Source: Gammaproteobacteria bacterium (GTDB lineage: Bacteria > Pseudomonadota > Gammaproteobacteria > JAADGQ01). From it: a stretch of DNA of 64,000 nucleotides. A model generated the notes under the pieces. That model made no database searches, was not told the DNA's origin, and was given only the letters and a program-made list of their open reading frames with translations. Numbering within the stretch: the first letter of the stretch is position 1; every line of letters starts with the position of its first letter. Both the position numbers and the translations under genes were made by a program. This document shows positions 9,511 through 18,703 of the stretch, in pieces. The stretch lies in contig JAKITI010000007.1 in NCBI GenBank assembly GCA_021648145.1, forward strand, positions 1,018 through 65,017. Direction: 5' to 3'.

Positions 9511-11334
9511 ATGGTTGATTCTGATTTAGTCGTTCGTACGCCCTTTTATTTTGGCCCAGATGGCAAGAAATTGATTGGCTGGTTGCATACAAACGCCACA
9601 ACTGAAAATCTTGATACAGCAGTGGTTGTATGTCCCCCACTCGCTGTAGAGTATATGAGCACCTACCGCTCAATGCGTTATGTGGCTGATTATTTTGCGT
9701 TGGCGGGAATACCTGCAATACGGTTTGATTATCATGGTACGGGTGACTCATCTGGTTTTAATGATGAGGGTAATCGCCTTGATCATTGGCTTTGGAGTAT
9801 TGAGCAAGCAATGAGCGAGGTCAAAAAACTTTCAGGGTGCTCCAAGGTGGGTCTGTTTGGTTTGCGAATGGGTGCGACGCTCGCTTCATTGGTTTCAGCG
9901 AGAGTTGATGTTGATTTTTTAGTTCTATGGGCTGCTTTAGAGAGTGGTCGGAGATATATTCGTGAAATAAAAACAATTCAGATGACTGGAGTCAGTCAAA
10001 CTGGGGTCGCGCCCAGTTTTGTTGAAGCTGGAGGAATGGTTTATTGGCCTCAAACGGCTGATGCAATCAGTCAGATAGATTTAATAAAGATTACACCTAA
10101 GGCTTCTCGTGTATTGATTATTCCCCGGGATGACTTGCAAGTAAAGACCAAATTGAAAGATGGCTGGGTCGCTCAAGGGGTTAGTGTAGAGCAGTTTGAA
10201 TATTCGGGTTATTCCGAAATGTTGTTGTTGGCACTTAAATCGGTTGTGCCTCATGAGACTATTCATAAGGTGGTGAGCTGGGTCAGAGCGGGAATTGATT
10301 GTCCGAGTGCTACAGAGTGTGAAGCTGCAGATTTAGATGTTGCTACGAGCATATGGGTCAAGTCCATCTATGATAAAGAAAAGTATGGTCAAAATGAATC
10401 AAAAGTGAAAGAGTCATTTGTTCGATTTGGATCGGATAACAACAATTTTGCTATCTTGGTCGAACCGCCTGAAATAATTTCACCAGAACGTCCTATCATC
10501 ATTATTGCGAGCTCGGGTGCTACGCACCGAGTTGGTCCGAGCCGATTATATGTGTCTTTAGCCAGAAGTTTGGCCTCTGAAGGTTTTCGCTGTTTGAGAA
10601 TTGATATCCCTGGCTTGGGGGATAGTATTACTCATGACCACGAACAAGAAAATAGAGAGTACATTGATAAATCAAGTGATGTGATTCGTCAAGCTATGGA
10701 GTCATTCGGCTCTGCATACAAAAAAAACAGATACGTTGTGACAGGTTTGTGTTCAGGTGCTTATTTCTCTTTTCATGCGGCTCTGGATCTTAAGAATGTG
10801 GATATCGTAGAGAGTATTTTAATTAACCCTCTTACCTTTTACTGGTACGAAGGTATGGAGTTTGATAGTTCACCTGCAAAGAATTTTGGGCACTGGAATT
10901 GGTATATGAAGGCGTTGAAGGATCCCAGTAGCTGGTTAAGATTAATAAGAGGAGGGTCAGATTATTCTGAACTTTATGAAACGATAAAAAATCGAATAAA
11001 GATTATCATATCCGCAAAAATAAATTCAATAAAGAGTAGCAGAAGTGATAATGTCGCTGCTGAAGGTCATTCTAAAAATAATTTAAATATTGATTTAATG
11101 CAAATTGCTTCTCGCAACAGGCACTTATCATTTATTCTTGCAAGAAGCGATCCTGGGTATGATATTTTGATGACCAGCGCAGGAAAAACCGCGAAAAAAC
11201 TTATTAACGATGGCAAAATAGATATTCATTTCATTGAAGATGCGGATCATACGTTCTCAAAGTATCAACCCCGATGTGATGCGATTGATTGTATGGTTAA
11301 GCATATTATTTTTCGGTATGGAAAAGAGTTGTAA
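9511..11334 (+). CDS. tandem alpha/beta-hydrolase-fold protein (two fused domains)
   Basis: Domain 1: RFDYHGTGDS and GLRMG elbow. Domain 2: HRVGPSR, RIDIPGLGDS, GLCSG, DADHTF. Confidence 0.85.
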   Translation: MVDSDLVVRTPFYFGPDGKKLIGWLHTNATTENLDTAVVVCPPLAVEYMSTYRSMRYVADYFALAGIPAIRFDYHGTGDSSGFNDEGNRLDHWLWSIEQAMSEVKKLSGCSKVGLFGLRMGATLASLVSARVDVDFLVLWAALESGRRYIREIKTIQMTGVSQTGVAPSFVEAGGMVYWPQTADAISQIDLIKITPKASRVLIIPRDDLQVKTKLKDGWVAQGVSVEQFEYSGYSEMLLLALKSVVPHETIHKVVSWVRAGIDCPSATECEAADLDVATSIWVKSIYDKEKYGQNESKVKESFVRFGSDNNNFAILVEPPEIISPERPIIIIASSGATHRVGPSRLYVSLARSLASEGFRCLRIDIPGLGDSITHDHEQENREYIDKSSDVIRQAMESFGSAYKKNRYVVTGLCSGAYFSFHAALDLKNVDIVESILINPLTFYWYEGMEFDSSPAKNFGHWNWYMKALKDPSSWLRLIRGGSDYSELYETIKNRIKIIISAKINSIKSSRSDNVAAEGHSKNNLNIDLMQIASRNRHLSFILARSDPGYDILMTSAGKTAKKLINDGKIDIHFIEDADHTFSKYQPRCDAIDCMVKHIIFRYGKEL

Positions 11335-11349
11335 AGGAAGGAAGTTATT

Positions 11350-12117
11350 GTGTTCGATTCGATCAACAAAGAGCTGTATTCAAGCAGTGATGGAGTTCAC
11401 TCCTATATCAATACTACATTGCAGGCACCCGAGGTCAGCATCCTGGTAAAATATAAAGATGCCTATTACGGTAAAAAAATATTAGACATTGGTTGTGGTG
11501 CTGGCCGGACATCCCATTATTTCCGTAATTTTACTCATCAATATATTGGCGTGGACTACTCAAAGCCCATGGTTGATTTTTGTAAAAGCCAGTACCCTGA
11601 ACTGGCATTTGAGCATTGTGATGCAAGAGATTTAAGCCATTTTGATGATGGTGAATTTGATTTTGTCATGTTTTCATACAATGGGATAGATTATATTGGT
11701 CATGATGATCGCATGCAGGTTTTAGATGAAATACAGCGCGTTTTAAAAAATGGCGGGGTGTTTGTTTTTTCGGCACATAATAGAAAATATAACCACATTA
11801 TTCTAAAACCAAAGCTACAGTTGACACTTCACCCAGTTAGATTGCTTAAAAATGTAGTGAGTTATTATAAGCAAGAAAAAAATCATAAAGAGCTGATATC
11901 AAATGAGGTACACAATAAAAGCTTTTCGATTTTAAATGATAATGGAAATAATTTTGGCTTGCTAACCTATTATATTGACAGGTATAACCAAACTAAACAG
12001 CTAACAAAGAAGGGTTTCAAATTACTGGAAATGTTTCAGTTGAATGGCCAGGTTTTGTTGCCTGAGAAAGATGATTCTGACAGCGGTTGGATCTACTATG
12101 TATCCGAAAAAATATAG
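11350..12117 (+). CDS. class I SAM-dependent methyltransferase
   Basis: ILDIGCGAGR, GVDYS, CDARDL, FDFV, RVLKNGGVF. Confidence 0.93.
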   Translation: MFDSINKELYSSSDGVHSYINTTLQAPEVSILVKYKDAYYGKKILDIGCGAGRTSHYFRNFTHQYIGVDYSKPMVDFCKSQYPELAFEHCDARDLSHFDDGEFDFVMFSYNGIDYIGHDDRMQVLDEIQRVLKNGGVFVFSAHNRKYNHIILKPKLQLTLHPVRLLKNVVSYYKQEKNHKELISNEVHNKSFSILNDNGNNFGLLTYYIDRYNQTKQLTKKGFKLLEMFQLNGQVLLPEKDDSDSGWIYYVSEKI

Positions 12118-12157
12118 CAAGTCAGAATGTCCAAGTTACTACGTGCTCGCTCTTTAC

Positions 12158-13258
12158 TTATGCCTTATTGAAATAGTCATATAATTTATATAAATATTTT
12201 ACCCATTGGTTGCGTATAATTTGTACATTGACAATGTTGATACTGGAGCGGGTTAGTCGCTCTTTGTAGTGTGTGTTTTTTCCTTTGCCAGCTAACATAT
12301 CATAGCTGTTTATATCGCTAGCGCATGCGTGCTCTATTTCATAGCCAAAATGTATATAACCTAATGCAATTTTTTTATGAACACTTTCATCAAATCCTGC
12401 TTGAATATTATACTTTTGATTATTAACAAGATAGTTGTACTGGATCGAAACGGGATTGTTATCTATAGATAATATTGAGAAGCATAATGCATTTCGTTGA
12501 TCCATTAATTTCGCTAGAGTCGTATTGAAACGTAATCGTTTATCCCGAAAAACGGGGGATCCCCACCTTTTAGCGTGTAGGTGATTAAGTTGTTTGAATT
12601 GAGACTCAATATCATCGTTCTGTTTTGGATTGAAGTGGATCTCTCCCAGCTGATCAAGTATTTTTCGCCGATTAAATAAGCTAAGGCGTGTATTCTTCCC
12701 TAAATTTTTAATATAGTGGTCAAAGCTTCCGGTTGTTTCTATAAAAAAGCTTTTGAACTCCTCTGCTATGCGATAGTAGGAATTAGGAATGGGCTTCTCT
12801 TTTTTTAGCAGCTTGTATGTGTCTGAATCTTTTTTTAAGTCAACGAGTATGAGTTCATCCCATGTTGATAAGGTGTTTATATGTTTGTAGAAAGCGTTCA
12901 CAACTTCATTTGATAGTGATTTTTCTGCAATAAAATCAAGGAGCTCAGTTCGCATCGTCGCTTTACCATGCCAGCAGTTACCAATGAACTGCAGCCTATG
13001 AGTCACAATGATCTTTTTTGACTTAGCTTTTGATAGATATAAAGGTGCAAGACCAACCAGATTACCCTTGTCATCTACGGCGGCCAAAAGTTGTAACTGC
13101 ATCTGCTCAGGTTCGGCAAAGGTGTGCCACCATGTATGTTGCCACTCCCAACTCATAAATAGTGGATCTGAGTTTGATTTTTCTAATAGTAAATTCCAGG
13201 CGTGCCTGGAATCTCTAAACTGTTTTTCATTCCACGTCTGGATGTTGATTTGCTTCAT
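12158..13258 (-). CDS. GNAT-family acyltransferase (CelD/BcsL-like)
   Basis: WNLLL...FMSWEW...WW, LVGLAPL, YDMLAG...YKER pattern of the CelD/BcsL GNAT family. Confidence 0.8.
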   Translation of the reverse strand: MKQINIQTWNEKQFRDSRHAWNLLLEKSNSDPLFMSWEWQHTWWHTFAEPEQMQLQLLAAVDDKGNLVGLAPLYLSKAKSKKIIVTHRLQFIGNCWHGKATMRTELLDFIAEKSLSNEVVNAFYKHINTLSTWDELILVDLKKDSDTYKLLKKEKPIPNSYYRIAEEFKSFFIETTGSFDHYIKNLGKNTRLSLFNRRKILDQLGEIHFNPKQNDDIESQFKQLNHLHAKRWGSPVFRDKRLRFNTTLAKLMDQRNALCFSILSIDNNPVSIQYNYLVNNQKYNIQAGFDESVHKKIALGYIHFGYEIEHACASDINSYDMLAGKGKNTHYKERLTRSSINIVNVQIIRNQWVKYLYKLYDYFNKA

Positions 13259-13292
13259 ATAAGGTAAAATATCTCAAGCCATTCGTATAAGT

Positions 13293-13308
13293 TGTGAGTC
13301 AGGTCATA
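13293..13308. promoter_or_regulatory. possible CRP-family binding site upstream of the GNAT gene
   Basis: TGTGA-gtcagg-TCATA (9/10 match to TGTGA-N6-TCACA), overlapping a GGTCA-N7-TGACC palindrome. Confidence 0.3.
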
Positions 13309-13432
13309 TTTCGTGACCGTTCTTTAGAGATTTTTAGTAAAGACAGGTAAATAGGGGGATAGGGGGATATCCATACCATACTTATAAAATTAATGTGCAT
13401 CCTTGCTATTCCGAATATTATAAATAGCCGAG

Positions 13433-14236
13433 CTATTTAATAAACCGATGAGGGTAGATAATTTTCATAATAAAAGCTGGAATCATTTTCTTGATTTTTT
13501 TACGTAGTTCATCTGGCATCAAATCGCCAAAACTATTTAGAAGACGCAGGTACTTTCCACGGTAGCCATTGGTTCTGAGCTTTCTGTCATACCCCAGATC
13601 ATTTTCACTTAATTCAAGTTGAAAGAATTGGCTGATTTTTCTGGCTGTTTCTTTTGAATTAAGAGCGTAATCTGAATAGTTCACAACAATATGTGGAATA
13701 TTGTATTGTTGCATTGCATGCTCTGCTGTTTTCATATGGTGCTCAATGCGCCTAAAAGAGGCTTGTTTATCATCGTTGTTCCATCTTAGGCGAAGAAAAC
13801 TTTGATGTATCTCTTTTGGGTCACGTTTTAGCAAAATAACCTTTGTGTTTGATTGCTTTAATAAAGGCCACCAATACCCAATTGTGTAACATAAACTCGG
13901 GTCTTTCCATAACCAGGGGGTATGTTCTTCAAACTGTGCAATCAGCTCTTTATGTGCTTTTGATGGTGTAAGGGAAAGTATTTTTTCTGTTTGTTGATCA
14001 GAAATAGCATCAAATAACCACGTATTTTCACATTCAAATCCAGCTGCTTTAAAAACCTCTGCGTTACATTTTTTTAAAGATTCAGCCTCCCAAAATCCAT
14101 ATGGATTATATTCATTGGCTTGCTGCAGTTGATTTTCTTCATTTTCAGTAACAAAGTAGCCACGATTTTTGAATATTGCAGCAGTCATGCTGGTTCCTGA
14201 GCGAGGTGAGCCAACAATGATGACATTTACACTCAT
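13433..14236 (-). CDS. sulfotransferase-family protein
   Basis: 5'-PSB-like loop IVGSPRSGTS, NPYGFWE, WKDP, LKRDP. Confidence 0.85.
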   Translation of the reverse strand: MSVNVIIVGSPRSGTSMTAAIFKNRGYFVTENEENQLQQANEYNPYGFWEAESLKKCNAEVFKAAGFECENTWLFDAISDQQTEKILSLTPSKAHKELIAQFEEHTPWLWKDPSLCYTIGYWWPLLKQSNTKVILLKRDPKEIHQSFLRLRWNNDDKQASFRRIEHHMKTAEHAMQQYNIPHIVVNYSDYALNSKETARKISQFFQLELSENDLGYDRKLRTNGYRGKYLRLLNSFGDLMPDELRKKIKKMIPAFIMKIIYPHRFIK

Positions 14237-14254
14237 TTTTTAACGTCTCGTTCT

Positions 14255-15034
14255 CTATTCACTTATTTCAGGTTTTTTATACAGGTGGACAAAGCGATCT
14301 GTTCGTTTGATGACTTCTTTTTTCCAGATATCCAATTGATAGTTGTCATCAGGGTTTCTGAGCACATCCAATGCTTTTACAAACTTGAAACCAGCACTTT
14401 CAATATCTTTTTTCGCCCACTCTTCATCAATCCGGTGCAGTTTAGGGGCACTCTCTTTTCCTGTTCCAGGCTCTGCCGCATGGTCAATAATTAATAATTT
14501 TCCGCCTGGTTTTAGCGCGGTGATGACTTGCTCAAAAAACTCTTCTCTATTGGCAGTAATGATGGGGTCTTTTCGTGGAACATAGATGTCATGATAGCTT
14601 AGACCAATGAAAATAAGGTCTGTATTGCTCGGTAGTTTCATATCAGCAAATTCGCTATCGAGGCGGACAACATTTTTCAGTCGTTCATTTTTTAATCGTT
14701 TCTCGAGATCTTCTTTTGAGAAATTTAGAAATAGCGAGTTATTTTGTATAGTCACACGTCCATCATCACCCACAATGTAATTAAAGAGTTCTGAGTAGTA
14801 ACCACCGCCGCCAAGAAGATCAATAACAGTGTCTCCAGATTCAAGGCCAGAAAAGTTTAATACTTCGAGTGGTTTGCGTAATTTATCTTTTGAATGATCC
14901 TCTGTATATCGATCTGGCTGATGTATCGCTCTTTCATTAAGAGTCATGCTATCTAGATCTTTGGAACATCCAGCTACAAATACAACTACAGTAAGAAACA
15001 GGACTTTAATACGACCTAATATATTCATAATCAT
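14255..15034 (-). CDS. predicted SAM-dependent methyltransferase, lipoprotein
   Basis: DKLRKPLEVL, VIDLLGGGGYYS, YHD, ALKPGG, IDH, HRID; lipobox VAGC. Confidence 0.85.
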   Translation of the reverse strand: MIMNILGRIKVLFLTVVVFVAGCSKDLDSMTLNERAIHQPDRYTEDHSKDKLRKPLEVLNFSGLESGDTVIDLLGGGGYYSELFNYIVGDDGRVTIQNNSLFLNFSKEDLEKRLKNERLKNVVRLDSEFADMKLPSNTDLIFIGLSYHDIYVPRKDPIITANREEFFEQVITALKPGGKLLIIDHAAEPGTGKESAPKLHRIDEEWAKKDIESAGFKFVKALDVLRNPDDNYQLDIWKKEVIKRTDRFVHLYKKPEISE

Positions 15035-15122
15035 TACCTTGTTTTATCTCTCAAAAATAAGTGGCTCAACTGATTTTTACAAGATTATACAGCACACTGT
15101 TAAGAATACAGTTTTTTTAATA

Positions 15123-16520
15123 TCAGATTTTTCCATCTTTGGCGGCTTTGAGTACGAGTGCATCAAATTTATCCGCTGCCATAAGGTTACGTTCTGCGAC
15201 AATAATGTTGACAGGTTTACCCGTTTTTTCAGACTCTTTAGCGACTTCAGCCGCAGCGGCATAACCGATATCTGTATTCAATAATGTTGCAAGGGCAACA
15301 CTGCTGTGCAGAAAAGCTTTACAGCGATCACGATCGACTTGTAAACCTTTTAGGTTTTTTTCAGTGGCGGCGTTAGTTGCATTGGTGAGCCACTCCATCA
15401 TATCGAATAGTGCTGAACCGAGGGCGGGCATCATCACGTTGAGTTCCAGTTGTCCTGCCTGAGTCATATAACTGATAGCCGAATCTTGCCCAAGAACCTG
15501 AAAGCAGACTTGATTGAGCATTTCAAACATCACAGGGTTCACTTTGCCCGGCATGATGCTGGAGCCTGGCTGTACGGCAGGCAGCATGATTTCACCCAGA
15601 CCTGTGCGTGGCCCTGAGGCGAGCAGACGCATGTCGTTAGAGATTCGTATTAACTCCAGAGAGACTTCACGAATGGTTGATGACAGGTGTTGTAGATCAT
15701 TCATAGACTGCATTTGTGCCGCCAGATCATCGGCTGGACGAATCGCCTCGAAGGTCAGCTGCGCCAGTGCTTTTGCGACATTTTTAATATAGCCCGGTGA
15801 GGTATTAAGCCCTGTGCCGGCAGCACTGCCTCCCAGTCCAACTTCACAAAGCGGATCACGGCAGCTTTCTAAACGTGCTGCACAGCGCTTTAAAGTCCAG
15901 GCGTAAGCACTGAATTCACGACCTAATGTTGTGGGTACGGCATCTTGCAAGTGGGTTCGGGCACTTTTAACTGTATCTTCTTCTTGTTTGCCAATGCGTG
16001 CATATTCTGTGGCCATATCTTCAATAGCAGCAATTAAACGGGGGAGTTTTTTAAGCGCTGTTAAACGAATGGCTGTGGGGATTGTATCGTTGGTGCTTTG
16101 CCCCATGTTGACATGGTCGTTGGGATTAATGGGGCTGTATTCACCTTTTTCCCCCCCCAGAGCGACACTGGCTAAATTGGCAATCACTTCATTGCTGTTC
16201 ATGTTATGGCTGGTGCCTGCACCAGCTTGAAAACGGTCGACTACAAATTGATCAATATAATGACCTTCAAGAATTTGATCGCAAGCGGCAATAATTGCTT
16301 TGGCTTGTTTGTCGTCAAGCCAGCCCCCTTGTTGGTTGGCCTCTGCCGCAGCACGTTTGATTTTTACGTGAGACTGTACGAAGTCTCGGTCAGGTGCTCG
16401 GCCACTGATCGGGAAGTTGGCGATGGCACGGGCGGTCTGAATGCCATACCAGGCATTCGCTGGAACTTGAAGTTCGCCTAAACTGTCTTTTTCAATACGG
16501 TAATCATCTGTTTGAGTCAT
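15123..16520 (-). CDS. aspA: aspartate ammonia-lyase (fumarase/aspartase superfamily)
   Basis: RIEKDSLG, AGAGTS, QSTND, RTHLQDA, GSSIMPGKVNPVM (AspA-like rather than FumC VNPTQ). Confidence 0.8.
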   Translation of the reverse strand: MTQTDDYRIEKDSLGELQVPANAWYGIQTARAIANFPISGRAPDRDFVQSHVKIKRAAAEANQQGGWLDDKQAKAIIAACDQILEGHYIDQFVVDRFQAGAGTSHNMNSNEVIANLASVALGGEKGEYSPINPNDHVNMGQSTNDTIPTAIRLTALKKLPRLIAAIEDMATEYARIGKQEEDTVKSARTHLQDAVPTTLGREFSAYAWTLKRCAARLESCRDPLCEVGLGGSAAGTGLNTSPGYIKNVAKALAQLTFEAIRPADDLAAQMQSMNDLQHLSSTIREVSLELIRISNDMRLLASGPRTGLGEIMLPAVQPGSSIMPGKVNPVMFEMLNQVCFQVLGQDSAISYMTQAGQLELNVMMPALGSALFDMMEWLTNATNAATEKNLKGLQVDRDRCKAFLHSSVALATLLNTDIGYAAAAEVAKESEKTGKPVNIIVAERNLMAADKFDALVLKAAKDGKI

Positions 16521-17368
16521 TATTTGTGTTCTCCTGAAGAAATTTTAAGTAATACTTTGTCAAGTGCGCGTGAGGTCAACAGTCGCCGCAGTGCTGCAAA
16601 AAGGTAGGCTGGAAATGTGACGGGGTAGCGTAGTTTAGGTCGAGGACTTTCCAGTGCATGAATAAGCTTTTTGAGTACCGCATCGGGCGGCAGTGTAAAA
16701 GGCGCAACAGGGCCAGGATTTGTAAGGCGCTTTTCGATCGACTGGTAAATCGTGCGATGAACACTGTTTTCTGAGTCGATATTTTCCTTATACTTTTTGT
16801 AGCCATTGGCACGAAACTGGCTGGTAATAGGGCCTGGCTCAATCAGTGAGATTAAAATGTCGCTATTATTGATCTCTAAACGTAGTGTATCGACTAACCC
16901 TTCCAGTGCATATTTGCTGGCATTATAAGCGCCGCGATAGGAGAGTGCGACATAGCCCAGCAGTGAGCTGTTATAGATAATACGCCCATGCCCTTGTTGC
17001 CGCATGACTGGAATGATGCAGTTTGTCAGTTCCAGCGTTCCGAATAGATTGGTTTCAAACTGTGCACGTAATACGTCACGAGTTAAATCTTCCACGGCAC
17101 CCGGTTGACCATAAGCTGCATTATTAAAGAGTGCATACAAAGTGCCCCCTGTACGAGATAACAACTCATCAACTGCGCTATGAATGGAGTCACTTTGATC
17201 TAAATCCAATAGAAAGCTTTCAAGGCCTTGTGCTTGCAGTGAATCAACATCTTTTTGCTGACGTGCAGTCGCAAATACACGATAGCCTTTTTTGTGTAGT
17301 CCCAATGCACATGCTAAACCAATGCCGCTGGAACAGCCGGTGATTAATATTGTTTTTTTGTTTGTCAT
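16520..17368 (-). CDS. short-chain dehydrogenase/reductase
   Basis: TGCSSGIG, NNAAYG, YNASK (YxxxK), EPGPI. Confidence 0.95.
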   Translation of the reverse strand: MTNKKTILITGCSSGIGLACALGLHKKGYRVFATARQQKDVDSLQAQGLESFLLDLDQSDSIHSAVDELLSRTGGTLYALFNNAAYGQPGAVEDLTRDVLRAQFETNLFGTLELTNCIIPVMRQQGHGRIIYNSSLLGYVALSYRGAYNASKYALEGLVDTLRLEINNSDILISLIEPGPITSQFRANGYKKYKENIDSENSVHRTIYQSIEKRLTNPGPVAPFTLPPDAVLKKLIHALESPRPKLRYPVTFPAYLFAALRRLLTSRALDKVLLKISSGEHK

Positions 17369-17376
17369 GTGGAGAG

Positions 17377-17796
17377 CTAAGTTTCTCTTGTAAACGGATT
17401 TTTCAGAAGTATTCCAGAATAAAATTGACTGTTATTTAAATCTTCAGAGAGGATGATGTTGCATTTTGAATGTTCGGCCGCACTGATGATGCATGCATCC
17501 CAGAAATTGATCTGGTATGAAGTTTTGATCTCTACACTGCGTCTTATCAGAGCTGGGCTTTGTGGGATGATTTCCAGCCCTTCCAAGAGAAACAACTGCC
17601 TGAGAATGACATCTTGGCGTTGATGTAACTTATTTAGGGCTACATGAGCATACTCCTGTAATACCTGTGTAGAAATAACACCTGTTCCAAGCCGCATATG
17701 CTTTGCTACGATATTCAGAGCCTTTTTTTGCTTCTCCTCATCACGAGCATCGTTGGCATAAATTATGATGTTTGTGTCAATAAAAGTTTTGTTCAT
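17377..17796 (-). CDS. PIN-domain toxin (VapC-like)
   Basis: FIDTNIIIY, STQVLQE, FWDACI, SEDL acidic tetrad. Confidence 0.92.
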   Translation of the reverse strand: MNKTFIDTNIIIYANDARDEEKQKKALNIVAKHMRLGTGVISTQVLQEYAHVALNKLHQRQDVILRQLFLLEGLEIIPQSPALIRRSVEIKTSYQINFWDACIISAAEHSKCNIILSEDLNNSQFYSGILLKNPFTRET

Positions 17797-18032
17797 CAGT
17801 CGTTATAACGATCATAAATTTCATCTCTGGAAAACTTGAATCCGCTAGCAGATTTCCCCGGCATATTACTCGCTATTCGTACAAACTCATCGGCTGATTT
17901 TTCTGCATTACATTCGCCTGTAAGTTTGAGCAAATAATCTCTAATCAACTGGTTTAGCGATGTATTGTGCGCGCTGGCATATTCACGCCCCTTTTTGATC
18001 AGTTCTGTATCTGCTGAAAGTGTAATGTTCAT
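17796..18032 (-). CDS. antitoxin (VapB-type, ribbon-helix-helix-like)
   Basis: 78 aa, MNITLS...TSLNQLIRDYL...FSRDEIYDR; stop overlaps the toxin start. Confidence 0.85.
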   Translation of the reverse strand: MNITLSADTELIKKGREYASAHNTSLNQLIRDYLLKLTGECNAEKSADEFVRIASNMPGKSASGFKFSRDEIYDRYND

Positions 18033-18150
18033 AGTTTTCTGCCCTCAAATAATTTTTATGTGCTGTAAGTGTGCAAGTGTAGCGCGGCATTTTATTTTGG
18101 TCAAACTTTAGTGCAGTCAGCGTAATGGCTTTACAGGTCGCATGTTGAAC

Positions 18151-18564
18151 TTAATGACATTGAGGGCAAACTCCTGACCACACTCGTGTACCCCATTCAA
18201 TAGACCACTCTTCTTTACATTTGGGGGTATGGTCATCAGCGCTTGTATCGACATCAAGTAACAATTTACATACTCGGCAGTAAATATGGTCATGTGTTTC
18301 TGTATTGCTATCATATATTGCCTGTCCATCCACATAAAAGCGCCGAAGCAATCCTGATGATTCTAGTTGTGACAACGTCAAATAGACTGTATTTGGCGAA
18401 ATAGTTGGAAAACGCTGGCATAACTCTTCATGCAATTCATTCGGTGTGCGGTGGCACTTCTCCAGCAGCAATTGCTTGCAAATAGCGATACGCTGCGGGG
18501 TTGCCCGCATCCCGTTATTATTTAATAACGTACTAATTTCAGTATCATTCCGTTTTCCATTCAT
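18151..18564 (-). CDS. Fur-family regulator, PerR-like
   Basis: RATPQRIAI, TVYLTL, YDSNTETHDHIYCRVC and C-terminal CPQC; divergent from a peroxidase. Start uncertain (ATG 18564 or 18612). Confidence 0.88.
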   Translation of the reverse strand: MNGKRNDTEISTLLNNNGMRATPQRIAICKQLLLEKCHRTPNELHEELCQRFPTISPNTVYLTLSQLESSGLLRRFYVDGQAIYDSNTETHDHIYCRVCKLLLDVDTSADDHTPKCKEEWSIEWGTRVWSGVCPQCH

Positions 18565-18619
18565 ATAATTAATCCTTTTTACTCTAAATTCGGGTCGATT
18601 ATCCCTTTTCATTAATAAA

Positions 18620-18649
18620 TTGACAAATAAACCAAACCTACTTTACTAT
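18620..18649 (+). promoter_or_regulatory. sigma70-type promoter of the peroxidase gene
   Basis: TTGACA (18620-18625), 18 nt spacer, TACTAT (18644-18649). Confidence 0.6.
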
Positions 18650-18652
18650 TAC

Positions 18653-18669
18653 TTAGGAGTTATTACTAA
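18653..18669. promoter_or_regulatory. candidate PerR/Fur-family operator
   Basis: AT-rich imperfect palindrome TTAGGAGTTATTACTAA just downstream of the -10 box in the divergent region. Confidence 0.4.
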
Positions 18670-18703
18670 TAAGTTTTAAATATTAAATTAAAAGAGGTAC
18701 TCA

